The notes: generated from the letters alone by a model not told the origin. A stretch of DNA of 62,677 nucleotides, filler included, from Choristocarpus tenellus KU-1152 (GCA_964200185.2; 10 parts of 10 records of this genome joined end to end with filler, not necessarily neighbours in it); one strand, 5' to 3'. Positions 25,001 through 37,645 are shown, counted from the whole stretch's first letter. Program-made: numbers and translations.

Positions 25001-28000
25001 TGTACTCTTTATTGTGAACTATAGAATATCTTTTTTATGGTTACCTAATTGTGGAACCTATCACTTGTACAGACACCTTCCATGATAGTTCCGCTGAGGG
25101 AGGGAGTTCCGAAATCAGAGGGTCAAGCGCTGGCACGTAAACTCACTCGACTGCCGCTCTCTAATCTGCTTAATAACAAGCAAGGCGTCACCGTCAGAGA
25201 ACGTGTGGTGAAAGGATCGTCAGTGAGTATTGTTCACAACCATTTGAATTGGGGGTGAGGGTGTGATTGTCCAACACAGTTTGGGGGGTCAAATCAATTC
25301 TTGTGTTGCAGTGGTCTCTGTAAGAGCGAAGAGTTTTTTTAAGGGGTACTTGAATATTTGGCTCCTTGGTATCAGTATTATTTATTATAATTTCTTGAGT
25401 TTGGTAAAAAATCAGTGTTTTTGATTCTGACTTGCATTTGCTGGTTCAGTAGAGGTAAGATTAACATATTCCTATGTAGGTATGTACAAACTACCTAGCA
25501 CCTGGATGAATTGGTACTATTCAGCATTGATTTGAACCCTAATCATGGAAAGTACGAAGGGCACGAAAGTGTGGGAGAGTTCGCTATCTAGTCGATCTCC
25601 CAGGGACGAACGTGCCAAAATTGATGACAAGTTCTCTTCAAGATGCCCTATTCCCACGCTGTACAAGCGTCATGGGTATGAGGGCATAAAATGAGATCTA
25701 CATTTTCAGCTTGCAGTTTTCTTACCTGATGGTACTCCTCCAAAATACAATCTGGTCAATTTTCTGAGGGTGTGGATACGAGTATTACTTAGCATCTTAT
25801 TTGAATTACAATACTTGAACTCTTGTATTGCTGACAGGGATTATGGGAAAGGCACTACGCAATAACACTGAAGACCTTCCCACCACGCCTCATGAAACGT
25901 GCCTTTGGCCTCGACTTCAAAGAGGTAGGGATGAGTAGCATTGCTTACTTTGTTAAGGCAAAACAGTCCATACCGACTTACGTAGTGTCTGTTTCTAAGA
26001 GTTGTTTGCTAGATGAAGTTGTGATTGCTATGTTCTTGGTGTACTCAAATTGTCCACATCCAAAACTTGAAATGGTGGGTCACCGCCTCTGCCTTAGGTA
26101 CCATGTTTAGTCTTTTGTTTTTGAGTAGATATCCATGACTTTACTGACAAGTATAAGTTACCACCCCTTGCTAAATGGTTTCTTATGTCTGATATGGAAG
26201 GTATGTCAGACTGTCAGTACACAGTTTGTTCCACATGTGCTGACAGCAATAACGGCCAATCTTCGTAAAACGGGTGAGAAGGTAGAAACCAAAGGTGGTG
26301 GTGGTGGAGGTGGAGGTGTTAGGATCACAGGAGGATTCAGGTGAGGCGAAAATTTATAGGAGATTGTCAGAAGCTTTCAAGAAACGCATGTAAAGGAAAT
26401 GGTACTTTTAACAGTCATGAAATGCTGATCCTTTCTGTATTCCTTCATGTAGTCCATGACCAGAGAGTAGCTTGCTGGTGAAAAAAACCTTCAGCATCCT
26501 TCCATACTTGTGAACAAAAAAAATAATACATGGTCAAAATCAATCTGACAAATACAATGTCCACTCACGTATGTTTTAGTTGTTCAATGTTGGTATTTCT
26601 ACTGTTAATGTTCTCACCTCATCCTTTGGCAGTCTTTTATAGAATGTCAACCTTAACGAATGTAAGAAATCACAATTTTTTCCAGTGTTTGCTGCAGAAA
26701 GGGATTGTCCTGACAGATGTGCTCAAAATGATGGTGTGTGTCAATGTCTGTTTGTGTTAATTTTATGACCGTAAAAAAGGCCTGTTTCCACTAAACAATA
26801 CTTGCTTAGAATACAGTCGTACAGTCCTTGACGCCCAGTGATTCATGTGGTAGTGAGGTTTTTAGTAGGAACCTAACAACTGCTGTCATTGTCGTTTGCT
26901 CTGTTGTATGGCTACTGTTGTTAAGTTCATTTCAAAGTCAGAGGGTCAATAGTGGTGTAGGTAGTGATGGAGAGAGTGGCAATGAAGGCGATGAAGAGAC
27001 GCAACATGCTAAAGCTATGACTGCTGTGCAGAAAAGTGCGAAAAAGGCTGCAAAGGCTGAGGCAGAATATGAGAGCGAAGTGAGTAGTTTAGTGTAAAAG
27101 GATATGTGTGCTCCATAGTAAACAAGCGTCAAGAGTGACAACTATAGTTAATGTAAAGGTATTTGCGGTACTTGACTTGGAAGTGCTGAATGTATGTGTT
27201 GTCTTTACCAGCAAGAAGTGGTACTCGATTATTTTTGACTGGTAGTTTCATCATCACTCGTACAAACCACCTCATCACGACAATAATACCCATCGGTGTT
27301 GTTCAGGATGAGGATGAGGAAGGGCAAGGAACTCTAAAGTTTGGTAAGCAGAAGGAACAGGCCTCATACGGTGAGATGGATGAGGATGAAAAGGCAATCT
27401 GGAAGGCCATGGGAGGCAAACAGGGTGATACTCTTGATGGTGGTGGAAGTGACAATGATGACAGTGACTACGAAGATTTGGACCAAAGGCGGCGTTCAAA
27501 AAATGAAGTTGCTGGGAATGGTAAAGGTGAAGAGAGTGGAACTGGAGAATTCAGCTTACCCATCTTCCAACGCACTAATGGCCCAGTGAGGAGCAGTCAA
27601 GATCATGAGAGTGGGAGTGGGGAAAAGGACTACTTCACAATCTCGAAAGCAGTAGCAAACAATTCCTTGTATCAGGGGATCAAAAAGGATAAGAAGGCAG
27701 GGGAGGTGGAGGTGGTTGTGAAGCTTGGTGCCAGGTGACACAGAAACTTTTGACAATACCCAAACATTTGAAATCAGTCTAAAATTATCGTCTTGTGTGA
27801 TCCTTTGAAATAGTATGTTTCATATGTAGCAGTCAGCACATTGTTCAACACCTCAACTAAAATTTTGTAATCATTGAATTTGTATCCCTTCCTTCATGTC
27901 CAATCCAAACATGCATGCATACCAGCAACCGTCGACTCTTAATGGTCAGCCTTGTGGAAGGAGCAGCAGCAAAGACCATGGTGCGATCACACAAAGGAAT

Positions 28001-29255
28001 TAGCAAGGCCTTTGTGATAGAGCGTGCTAATGATGGAAAGAATGAAGTGGTGCTTCAGACAGAGGGGTGTTCCTTCGAGACTTTGTGGAAACTGGATGCT
28101 GGAGACGGAATCCTTGACCTGAACAAGGTAGGATAGATACATTGTCCACGCTAGAACCGACAGATTATCTGGTTGATGAAAACATACCACAGTGTGTCAA
28201 AGTGTTTATCGATCAGTATTAATAAAAGATGATTCATTTGAGTGTTAATGTTGTACGATGGTGTTCTTCGTACCTACTTGTCTACCAGAGGAGTTGCACT
28301 TTAACCAGGTATATGGAAGTATTGAGTTTGGCAGACCACGGAATGAATGAGAGATACGGTTGACACTATGAATAATCTTCTAATTTGGGGGGTTATAGTC
28401 AAGGTTGCGGAAATGCCTGGTATTTATATTGCAATCCTATCATTGGAAATCTGTGTAACTTTGAGGCGAGTACAGGGTGTGTTGTACTCCATTTATAGTG
28501 GCATGTGAAACATGTTCATTGTGTTTACACTTTCCATCTCTATCCTGTTGATCCCTTTACCTTACAGTCAAACACATACGGGGATTATTTCAATCCTGAG
28601 CTACATCTCTTGAATCAGTTGTTAGAGTGTAGCATTACCTTCAGCTTGATCTATTTGCTTTTCTGGTGTTTGAAATGAAGGCATTGTGCACTCAACAATT
28701 AGTACACTAGTATAATCTATCCTCAACTAGAGGAACACAATGGCTTATGAGGGTTTGCTTTAGAGTTGTATCATACCCTACCCAACATTGATACAACATT
28801 TTTTCAGACGTATGGTGCACTCTCCCCTTTGTTTTTTATATACACGCTTGTCCAACGGACAGCTCACAAGCAACCATGTATACATGGTTGGTGAGACCTT
28901 TGGGGTTGAAGCAGCTCGTGCGTCAATTATGGCTGAGGTGGCAGGGGTGTTCGGGGCATATGGGATTGCGGTAGATCCAAGGCACCTCAGTCTCATTGCA
29001 GACCATATGACCTTTTTGGGAGGCTACAGACCACTTAACCGTGGTGGGATGGCGGACTTCTCGTCCCCATGCCTGCAAATGAGCTTTGAGACCACAGCAG
29101 AGTTCCTCTCTAAGGCATCTGTGGCTGGTCGCTCAGATAGAATTAAATCTCCATCTGCTCGGATAGTGATGGGGCGTGTAGGAGACTTTGGGACTGGTGC
29201 GTTTGATCTTTTGCTACCACCTGTCATGAATAAAGGGGTAGATGATGACAGATGA
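19088..29255 (+). CDS. RPA1: DNA-directed RNA polymerase I largest subunit, 3' part (5' end beyond contig)
   Basis: Sixteen phase-consistent exons: 19088-19262, 19415-19586, 20640-20792, 21280-21393, 22172-22260, 22594-23004, 23413-23589, 23943-24156, 24818-24943, 25073-25222, 25838-25924, 26201-26340, 26938-27079, 27307-27734, 27926-28127, 28863-29255. Motifs: [80 protein letters not shown] (bridge helix), [29 protein letters not shown] (trigger loop), [16 protein letters not shown], an acidic expander-like region, and [14 protein letters not shown]...MSFETT. The GRRVPxMxSGK, RFLTG and TSRSGYLQR variants and the absence of a CTD indicate Pol I. Confidence 0.97.
19949..20141 (+). ncRNA. Intronic box H/ACA snoRNA candidate 1 (two LSU rRNA pseudouridylation pockets)
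   Basis: Hairpin-hinge-hairpin-tail layout: TGCTG/CAGCA stem, H box AGAGCA 20030-20035, GTTGCTG/CAGCAGC stem, ANA box (AAA) 20136-20138. Pocket 1 (CCTC + ATCATTCGC) is complementary to conserved LSU GCGAAUGAU-UA-GAGG. Pocket 2 (ATTCT + GGGAAA, 14 nt from the box) is complementary to LSU UUUCCC-UC-AGGAU. Confidence 0.8.
20975..21171 (+). ncRNA. Intronic box H/ACA snoRNA candidate 2 (5' hairpin paralogous to candidate 1)
   Basis: Same 5' hairpin with compensatory changes (GCGGC/GCCGT versus GTGGC/GCCAC), H box AGAGTA 21057-21062, different 3' hairpin closed by AGTAAGTG/CACTTGCT and followed by ACA at 21166-21168. Confidence 0.78.
21575..21666 (+). ncRNA. Intronic box C/D snoRNA candidate
   Basis: 92 nt; perfect 9-bp terminal stem TGACAGTCC/GGACTGTCA enclosing a C-box variant TGAAGA (21586-21591) and D box CTGA (21654-21657). 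GACACCTGTGTT upstream of D is complementary, with one G-U, to the conserved LSU segment AACGCAGGUGUC. Confidence 0.6.
25560..25705 (+). ncRNA. Intronic box H/ACA snoRNA candidate 3 (SSU rRNA pocket)
   Basis: 146 nt; stems GGCACG/CGTGCC and TGGGAGA/TCTCCCA frame pocket AAAGTG + GGGACG, matching SSU CGUCCC-UG-CCCUUU with one mismatch, 14 nt before an imperfect H box (AAAATT). The second hairpin ATGCCCT/AGGGCAT ends at ACA 25700-25702. Confidence 0.65.
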
Positions 29256-30361
29256 CCAAAGGTGGAGGAGAATCCAGACAAGAAATGAGAGTAGCAGTGC
29301 AGCAGATTGGTATTTTCTTGTTGTGTGAGTTGTGATAAGTACAGTTGCCTGGGTGGGGATGCATTTGTTCCTGTGCACAAATTGCTTTGTTCCACAGAAC
29401 AAGTAAACTATCTTTATGTACGAAATGTCTTTATTTGATGTAAGTGGCATACTCTTGTTCTAATCATCTTCACGTTTCTTGTTGTGTGTCATAGCTATCG
29501 ATTTTCTGTAATTTCTGTGTCAATCTTTTTTGTTGTTTTCATGCCGCATTCTTTCATGTGTCCCCTTCTCATTCTTGTATATGAAACTGTTTCTAGTGTG
29601 TGTTAATGACCATTGATTGTCTGAGGACACCCTTCTGGATGATTTTGATTTAAGATGAAGGTAACTGTAGAAACGTGAGCACAGCTTAAGAAATGTGGCA
29701 CCACTGTACTTTGTCCATTTGTAAAGAGTTACAACATTCAGATAGATTTCTCTTCTGCCATTTGAGCTAGTATTGCATTTTAAATGCAACTTCCCACGCA
29801 AGGTGAACCTACAAGAATTCCTTTTGGGGGCATACGGTTCTATTGGGTGATGAGTACACTCCCCCGTATATTGATAACCTTCCCACAGGATGAAAAGGAG
29901 AGAGATACCAGGTTCCTTGTCAAAAGGCACTGTCGAATTTTTCAATACCCACACACTGTCAGGCACAGATCTAGTGTGGATAAAAATGAAGGTGTTTTCT
30001 GTGTGATATCCGATATATTCTGAGAGCAGGGCTCTTTACTTGGAGAAGTACTGCCAGGATCACAGGAAGGTTCATGTGTAGATGCTAACCATTTGCAAGT
30101 ATTCAAACTGTTTTTCAATTGCTACTGTACACTTTTTTTTTTTACCCAGTTTGGACTTCTGAAACCTGGTTCGAAAATTACAAGTAGAATTCAATTGATT
30201 AATATGTTCTGTGAGACGTAACTACACTGGTATGTATGTAAACCTTGGTTGTTTGTGGCATGGTTTCACTCTCAGCAACCTCATGGTGGTGCGGTGCGCA
30301 CGATATGTTGGCATTGAACATATGTCGTAACCTCTAAGTGATGATGGCGACACTTGTTCTG

Positions 30362-30630
30362 TGAATCATATTATTCTGTGGTGGAATGATTCACTCAGGC
30401 GAGGGTGATGAAAAGTGTCACTGGGCAAGATGGATAGTGGAATGAGACAAAACTGTAACTAAAAGGACGATGTTAGGGCTGGATAATTGACAGAACTGAA
30501 AAGTATTCGAGGGTGATTAGAATCTCATTATAGGGTATGATCAAAGACGTGACAACACGGAAAACGTCTTCGACTCAAAAGGTATCAACTACTTGAGGGA
30601 TATTTTTTTTTTAAATGAGTCCACACCTCA
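30362..30630. repeat. Old dispersed repeat, homologous to 45944-46244
   Basis: Collinear anchors attctgtgg, ttcactcagg, agggtg-tgaa, aggacga-gtta, agaatct, actactt and tccacacctca occur in both contigs. Confidence 0.7.
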
Positions 30631-31979
30631 ATCTATAACAGTTCGAATAGAGAAAAAAATAGAGGTTAGTGTGCTGCTATATAATTATGTTCACAACCGT
30701 CGTGGTGACCTCTTCAATGGTGTGAGAAATATTGTTGCTAGGGTAGAAAGACCCGTGTGGTATAGACTTGATTTACAAAAAGACCCCTTACTTACCGAAA
30801 GTGGTAACATTGCTTGACAAAAAATGGGGTTTGTATGTAGAAGTTCTGAAAGATATTTACACAGGTTTTGACGTTAGAAGTTGAAAAAGAAGAGGCAACA
30901 CGAAGAGGAACTATCATCAAATCTGTAGGGGATGATCCGATAGGTGAGAGGCAGGGGAAACGAAAGTAGTGCCGGAAAAGGAGAGCCCACAGGACAGTAC
31001 TGAAGAAGAGGCGAAAGCTGTCAAGGACAAGAAGGCAAAAAAAGGTAGTGGGAAGGATCAGAAAAAGAAGAAAGGGAAGGTAAAGGGTCAGGAAGCGGAG
31101 GTGGTGAGGAGATCTGTCGTCGAAGCAGACTATTCTTCAGCAGAGGAGCTTCCACTGCCATCTGCCCAAGGAAAGAGTGGCAGCGTTGGTGTGAAGGTTG
31201 CGGGAATGAAGCACACTCCTGGTGGTAGTAAGGATAGATATGGTGTGGTTGCTATGGTTGCTAAAAGACAGAAATGGCAGCGGGAAACTGAAAGGAGGGG
31301 AAAGTCATAAGGGGAGCATGAGAGTGGTGGGAAAGTGGGGTTAGGGGGGGGGGGACTTTAAGGGAATTCTCGGTGGAAGCCATGCTAAAGGCGAGGGGAG
31401 AGAGGGAGACAGTAGGGTGGGGTGGTGAGGGGATGGCGGGGTTGAAATCAATCTAGGATTAAGGTGCATTGATTATGTGTTATTCTTAATAGAGCTATTC
31501 ATTCCATAAGGGACTATGACCTGTGGAAAACATGATCAATTGATTGGGTTGATTCTTGGTTGTAAGAGGTGTATTTTTGTGGTCGCTAGTGATAGGAGAG
31601 GTTGTGTTCTTTGTGTTGATTAGTTTGGACAGTACCTACTGTGAAGTATGATCAGTTTGAAGTTTACATTTCGCCGTAGAGAGCTTGATGTCAAGGGAGT
31701 TGAGGAAGTGGGATTATGGATCATGTTTCACCTCCCACACTCCTCATGCTACCCATAGGTCAAAACAATAATTTTGAATCTTTGGAGTAGGGAATTCTCT
31801 CACCAACAACTATGATACGATTCCCTGCTCTCCTGTGATTGCCCTTTGCCTAGGAGAACCTGAGAAACTGTCAAAGAAGGGGTCAACTCAGCCATTTTGA
31901 GTTTTAAGAACTATCTGAACTTTGTGCGATATACACCATGCCCATGCTTGAAATGCAGTTAGCCCTTGGGAGGTTGTGG

Positions 31980-32130
31980 CTGTTGAAGAGAAGCTCTGCT
32001 GCGAAGACATTGCAGGTTGAAAACGCCCTCCAAAGAGCTCAAAACACATGTTCCACAAAGCAGTTACATGGGAGCAGAGTTGTGAACCGGTACCAATTAT
32101 AATTGGCTGCATCCAATTGGCTGGGATCGA
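31980..32130 (-). pseudogene. Possible decayed PIF/Harbinger-type transposase fragment
   Basis: Frameshifted minus-strand text ANYNWY...NCFVEHVF/ELFGGRF loosely fits the YN..HS..R..VE.AFG.L..RF motif. Weak. Confidence 0.2.
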
Positions 32131-32653
32131 CCTATATCCAAATCTCTTCAAACCGATATTATTCAGTTCCTCCACGAAACTTCTGTGTGCGTACATACCT
32201 ATGAAAGTTCCTGTTTGTTTCATACATGATGACATGTGCACATATGTGTGCAATGTTAGATTCAAAAAATTCTGCCTTCGGCAGGGTTATTCAAAACTTG
32301 GACCTATTTTCTCACTGGTGCACTGATCGCTGGCCACGTGCTATGTTCTATAACCCAGACAATTAATCGCAATTTTCCAGTGAGAGCTGAAGCATTACAC
32401 TCCCAAGTTGCAGATCCTCTCGGTTTATAACTCTACGTAAGGTCATTTACACTCAATGGCACCTCGCTCTTAGGTGCTATCCACTCTCTANNNNNNNNNN
32501 NNNNNNNNNNNNNNNNNNNNNNNNNNNNNNNNNNTTAATTAATTAANNNNNNNNNNNNNNNNNNNNNNNNNNNNNNNNNNNNNNNNNNNNCACTCCCGTA
32601 ATTCACATTATCTTATAAAATATTAGGTAAGAGAAGGGTGTGAGGATGGGTGT

Positions 32654-32700
<47 letters not shown>

Positions 32701-33649
32701 GGGGGGGGCACTGAGATTAATGGATATTCTGGTTTGTTACTGGGGTGCAAGGAGGATCCATTATCAATCTCAGAGTAGCAAAGACAACAGCAAAACGTTA
32801 CAAGGGGTGAGAACATTTCTTCATGGTGACCCTAACTTCCACAGCGCCTCGTGCTACTTTTTGGGGTCTTCTTATACCATCTCTCTCCCCAAAGGGGCCC
32901 AAACAGAGCAGAGATACACTTGTGTGAATAAGTGCTTGTTCTCCGATTTTCTTCCTGGGAAACTTGTCTGCTGAACTGTACTGCGAAAGACAAACCAAAC
33001 AAAAAGAGCTGCTACAACAACTGCGGTGAGTATTGGGATGTATGGGTCCCAGGGGTCTTCCAGGTTTGCCTGGTACGTGTCATTGCCCAGACAAGAGAAC
33101 ATCTATTACTAACGTGAAAGGTCTGTGTCCAAACCCACCCAGGCGAAGAAATATCCATTGAACTACCTCCTATCCTTCGGTTCAAACCCCATCAGTATTG
33201 AATACCTTATACTTTGGTCGACATTCCTGGTTTCTAGCTCATGCTGCCACAGCTTCAAGTACACGCCTTGTTAAGGGGTTGGGACTGTTAAGGAGTTTGT
33301 AAACAAGAGGCCACGGAATATTCACTGGAGGGCAGTTTCTAGGTGTGGGTGGAGACGTATGGCCAGCAAATGCACTGAAGAAACATCATAAAATATTAGT
33401 TGCAATACTACGTTACTGAAGAAAAATCGTACTTGTTCCCTTCAGAAAAGCATTGTACGATCACTCAATACATCTCGTTGCTCGTTGGGAATGAGAAAAA
33501 TAGTAGGGAGTCTTCAGCGATGTCTACATTATCCCAAATATGCTTGTCGGTGACTGAAGCTCCCCTCGAACACTAAATGGAAACAAATCCCCACGTATAA
33601 GCTATGCCTTCACTAACTTTTTCCATGGGCGACCGAGCTATAAGTCTGG

Positions 33650-34393
33650 TTACCTGTACATTGCCTGCAATGTTCCTGGGTCCTTGTCTTTCGATCGAAT
33701 GAGGTTGACGGTTCGGGTCACCGCATCACCTGGTGTTGAAGAAAGAGCGAATGTATCTGGGCCTACAAGGGAATCGTCCCCACCCGATTCTAATCCACCA
33801 CGAGATTTCAAAATCGAGGACTCCGTTCCAGGCTCCTTTTCCACATAGCAAGGCCACTCCCAAACCTCACACCCTCTAAAAGCAGAAGCTCTGTAAAGCA
33901 TCCTACGAACTCTTTCCTCAGCCACTGCGAAGCGGGTTTGATCCTTTCGCTCATTGAGTTTCCCAACAACTGCCACAGGAGTGTCCCCTGCATCTGAAAT
34001 CGCGTTCTCATCCGCCCCAAGCCGTAACAGGTCCGCCACACACTCCGACTTGGCGTATCGTGCAGCAGTGTGCAATGGTGTCTCTCCAGCTGGGTTCTTC
34101 AGGTCCACCGTAATCCCTGATGTTAGCAATTCCACCACAACCTCCGGGTATGAATATCTTGCGGCAAGATGAAGTGGAGTGGCTCCTTCCTGATTCGCTC
34201 GCTTCGGATCGGCACCTGCACTGAGGAGCTCCCTCACGACCCCGACGTGACCACGCTCACTAGCAAGGTGTAGAGGACTGGTTCCCCCTCCACTGATAGC
34301 CCTTGAATGATCCGGTATACCCTGGAAGAGCTCTCGAGCCCCCGCATCAGGGTCGCCCTTCTGACAAGACAAGTCAACGTATGCCCGTAACAT
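33650..34393 (-). CDS. Ankyrin-repeat protein (3-4 repeats)
   Basis: 247-aa ORF with GTSPLHLASERGHVGVVRELL, GATPLHLAARYSYPEVVVELL, GETPLHTAARYAKSECVADLL and GDTP. The 3' end CAG|GTAACC may be a donor to a short last exon. Confidence 0.92.
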   Translation of the reverse strand: MLRAYVDLSCQKGDPDAGARELFQGIPDHSRAISGGGTSPLHLASERGHVGVVRELLSAGADPKRANQEGATPLHLAARYSYPEVVVELLTSGITVDLKNPAGETPLHTAARYAKSECVADLLRLGADENAISDAGDTPVAVVGKLNERKDQTRFAVAEERVRRMLYRASAFRGCEVWEWPCYVEKEPGTESSILKSRGGLESGGDDSLVGPDTFALSSTPGDAVTRTVNLIRSKDKDPGTLQAMYR

Positions 34394-35140
34394 GGTTGCT
34401 TACACTATGGTGTATACTCCAAAATCGAAAATGTTAGGTGGGTCTCAAGACCTGGTATGGGGATGTTTCCTACTCAACAAATTCAAATTTGGTTTCTACA
34501 AAATTTACACTTTGTGGCGGGATTTCCCACCTTCAAAACTGTCAAGGTGGTGGCTGCTCAGCAACCTAGCTGTGGTTTCAGCTTGTCCACGGGGATGCAA
34601 AAATCCATCACGTAAGTTTCTGACAAATCCATGGAATGTGGTAGTTAAAACCTCGTCGTTGCCCATCAAGCACTGGTGGCTTATTGTATTGTCTCTCTTT
34701 GTTTCAATCTTGAAATGAGTTTATCATGGACTGGCGTGTGAAGGATTCTTCTCCATAGTTCCCTCTCGTCTGATCGGCAGTAATGTTGGTGAGGACCACT
34801 ACTCGAGTTCTTGCTGCTAGGGTCGGTCTTTCCTGTCTGGGGTTGAACCATTGCTGCCTATGCTTTGGATAATGTGGCTAGTTTCAGGATACCACCATTG
34901 CGCAGGAATTTGATTTTAACTTGCAACGCCAAACACGAAGGGACCATGATCCCTGTTTCTGGGGCCTCAAATCCTACTGAGCCTCCCTGCATCTCCAATC
35001 TTTCTCCACAGGACTCAATCTCAAACGTTGTGTGTGGTGTTTCCACCACGTTACGTCGTATCCCCTGTTCCCGTTCACTATTACTTCGTCTCAACTTCCC
35101 TCTATTGAAATCGCTCACATTTTTTTCTTCCTCACTACAG

Positions 35141-35638
35141 ATCGTTCTTTGGGGCCCCCAGCGGTGGAGTTCCCCCTTCTCCATCACCCCCTCCAAAAGG
35201 AAAACCAAAGGCTACAGCGAGGCCAAGGGGTAAGTCTTCAACCAAGCTCAAAACAAAGGCAAAGGTCAAGCCTGCCTCTAAGGGGAGCCTCACTGTCAAA
35301 CCCAAGGCCGGATCGCAAGCTGCGAAGGTCGAAGCGGGAGAAGAATCTGATGGGGACGGAAGTTTAATCGATGGTGACAATGTTAGCAAGTTGATGTCTG
35401 CAGAGACCTGCAGGGAAGATAAAAGTGAAGGGGTGGAGGCCAATTCCGACACCAAGCGAAAGGCAAATGGTATGGTAGAGGACCGGGCCCTTACGGAACA
35501 TGTCGAGGGTAACAACAAGCTTGATGCGGCCGAGCTGGGGGGAGCAGGTGGAGATAGCGATGAAGATAGTGGTGCAGTCCCCAAGAGGAGACTGAAGAGG
35601 CTTCGACGGACTAGAGTGGCGGTTGAGGAGGACGACAG
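35141..35638 (+). CDS. Exon of a probable nuclear protein (Lys-rich then acidic, NLS-like)
   Basis: Polypyrimidine tract plus CAG acceptor, then a stop-free 498-nt frame SFFGAPSGG...KGKPKATARPRGK...DSDEDSGAVPKRRLKRLRR...EEDD and a GT donor at 35639. Rest of the gene not identified. Confidence 0.55.
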
Positions 35639-36663
35639 GTTCGGCCTGTGGAAATATCTCTTTTTGTCCTCTCATGTCAAACTCACCTCCTCCCCACCTG
35701 CCTTCAACGTCTCTAGTGGTACTTGCCCACCTCAAGTTGCTCTCCCAAGCGTCCTCACCTGTGCATGATTTGTACTTTGTTGTTTTGAGTATGAAGATAT
35801 AGATACAGTTTTTTTTACAGTTGGAGTGGATATTTCGTTATATTCATACGTAATCTGTCACCTTTGTACAGACACTTCTTCTCCCTCACATATTCAATAC
35901 AATCCCCTTAAGCTAATTAGAAGGCCAAACTGGAGAGACTATCCTATTGATAAATATATATATATATATATATATTAGCATGGCAAAAGGGTTTACATTT
36001 TCACTTGTTCATCTTTTATTTTGTGAGGTATGTAAAATATATATACAATTTTACTGAGAGTTACAGGAAAGGAATGGAGCTTATGGAAAAGTTTAGAAGT
36101 GTCCAAATTCGACTCAAGTTGCTATAGTGTAGATTAGACTAAATGACCCTATCAGAGGTAGGGTTTAGTTCACAGTAATGAACACAGTTAGCGCCTGTAA
36201 TTGCTGATTTTCTAGAATAGAGAGGCGTGTGAAAAATGCAGACCTTGCCTAAACGATGGCATGTGATGGTGTGCTGAGGCTAGAGGTTTTTAACGGGTTC
36301 TTTAGGTTACAAACGCCAACGAGGTGTTTGTGTAAGGATTTTTTTTTTTAACTCCCATGCATAATCGTAGTAATTTCTTAGGAGTCACCGTTTAACTCCC
36401 AAACGGCAATAACCTGTTGTGTCAAGGTGACCCCTTTTATGTTGAAAGTGCTTGCGTGGATAAACATATGATCCAATCGAGCTATATCCTAAGCTCTACT
36501 CCCCTCCTCCTACGAATAGATAGACACAGAAGAGATTCACCAAACATGTGATTGAGAAGCTCTACTCCCCATTCTCCCCTCCCCCTTCTCAATCACATGT
36601 TGAACCTTCCTCTTGTTAGATCTATCGAATCAGTTTCGTGCCAGCCCACACGCCATACAGTTA

Positions 36664-36711
<48 letters not shown>

Positions 36712-36814
36712 ACCNNNNNNNNNNNNNNNNNNNNNNNNNNNNNNNNNNNNNNNNNNNNTTAATTAATTAANNNNNNNNNNNNNNNNNNNNNNNNNNNNNN
36801 NNNNNNNNNNNNNN

Positions 36815-37386
36815 GACACATCCAGGAGATCGGGGGCGATGGCGATTCACACAGGAGCAGAAAATTAGAAAAGACCACAAGGATCCAAGAGAGGCTTCAA
36901 TTCCAATCAATGTACATTCTGTTTTAAATATAATCACTCGCCCCTCATACTTGACGGGCCAACCTCCCGCTAAGCGCCGCCAGGGGATGCCGAAACCAAG
37001 ATTTCCCCCACCACCAACCAGGGAAAGGAACAGTGGTGGCATAGGCGGAGACAAAGCTAATCAACAGGGCTCATCGTGAGCATTCCTGACCATGAATGTG
37101 TCCGTAGGGGAGGACGCATATAACAAAATGGTCGAGGTAGCACATCTATCCTCGACTCAAGATATGACCAAGATAGACACCATTAACCTTCTATGTGACT
37201 CGGGAGCCAATGTACATCTTACCCCAAGACTGCAGGACCTCACTGCAGCAACAGAGATCACTCGCACCTGCACCTTCAGTAATAAAGGTAGACTGGAAGC
37301 ACAGGCAACAGGCAAGATGGTATTGGAAGCCACTAATGAGAAGGGCAAGCCGACCAAGATTGTGCTCCAGGATGTGCTCTGGGTAC
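36815..37386 (+). mobile_element. Ty1/Copia retrotransposon remnant (gag zinc knuckle + aspartic protease)
   Basis: CTFCFKYNH at 36911, then LCDSGANVHLT...GRLEAQATGKMVL...IVLQDVLWV, the typical Copia protease region; interrupted by a MITE at 37387. Confidence 0.85.
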
Positions 37387-37645
37387 GAATGAAAGTATCT
37401 TAGAGGGTACAAGTTTTGCCCTGTTTGTCCATTTGGGGCTTGGCTTCCCATGGGTTCTTTTATGATATTTTCCTACGCCAAAATGTTTAGGAGTAGGTAA
37501 AGTGTATATGTTATGAAATGTTGGATCCAGAGCAAGGATACTGACACTTCGTAACTAATACGATAGTCAAAATTACATCAAAATCGCAACTGAGGATTTT
37601 GGCCCCCAAATGGACGCGTCTCTACCCTCTAAGATACTTCCGCTC
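37387..37645 (-). mobile_element. MITE family A copy 2 (inserted in Copia remnant)
   Basis: GAATGAAAGTATCTTAGAGGGTA...TACCCTCTAAGATACTTCCGCTC; reverse orientation relative to copy 1. Confidence 0.92.

Noticed and set aside
19088-29255. Pol II or Pol III largest subunit, or a giant-virus polymerase
   Set aside because: Pol I-type motif variants, an acidic expander-like insertion, no heptad CTD, and 15 host-type introns.
30969-31310. Lys/Glu-rich 113-aa ORF as a gene
   Set aside because: Low-complexity purine-rich sequence, non-ATG start, stops just upstream, and no convincing splice partners.
32613-32816. Poly-proline ORFs here and at 36552-36770
   Set aside because: Derived from G/C homopolymer runs near contig ends.
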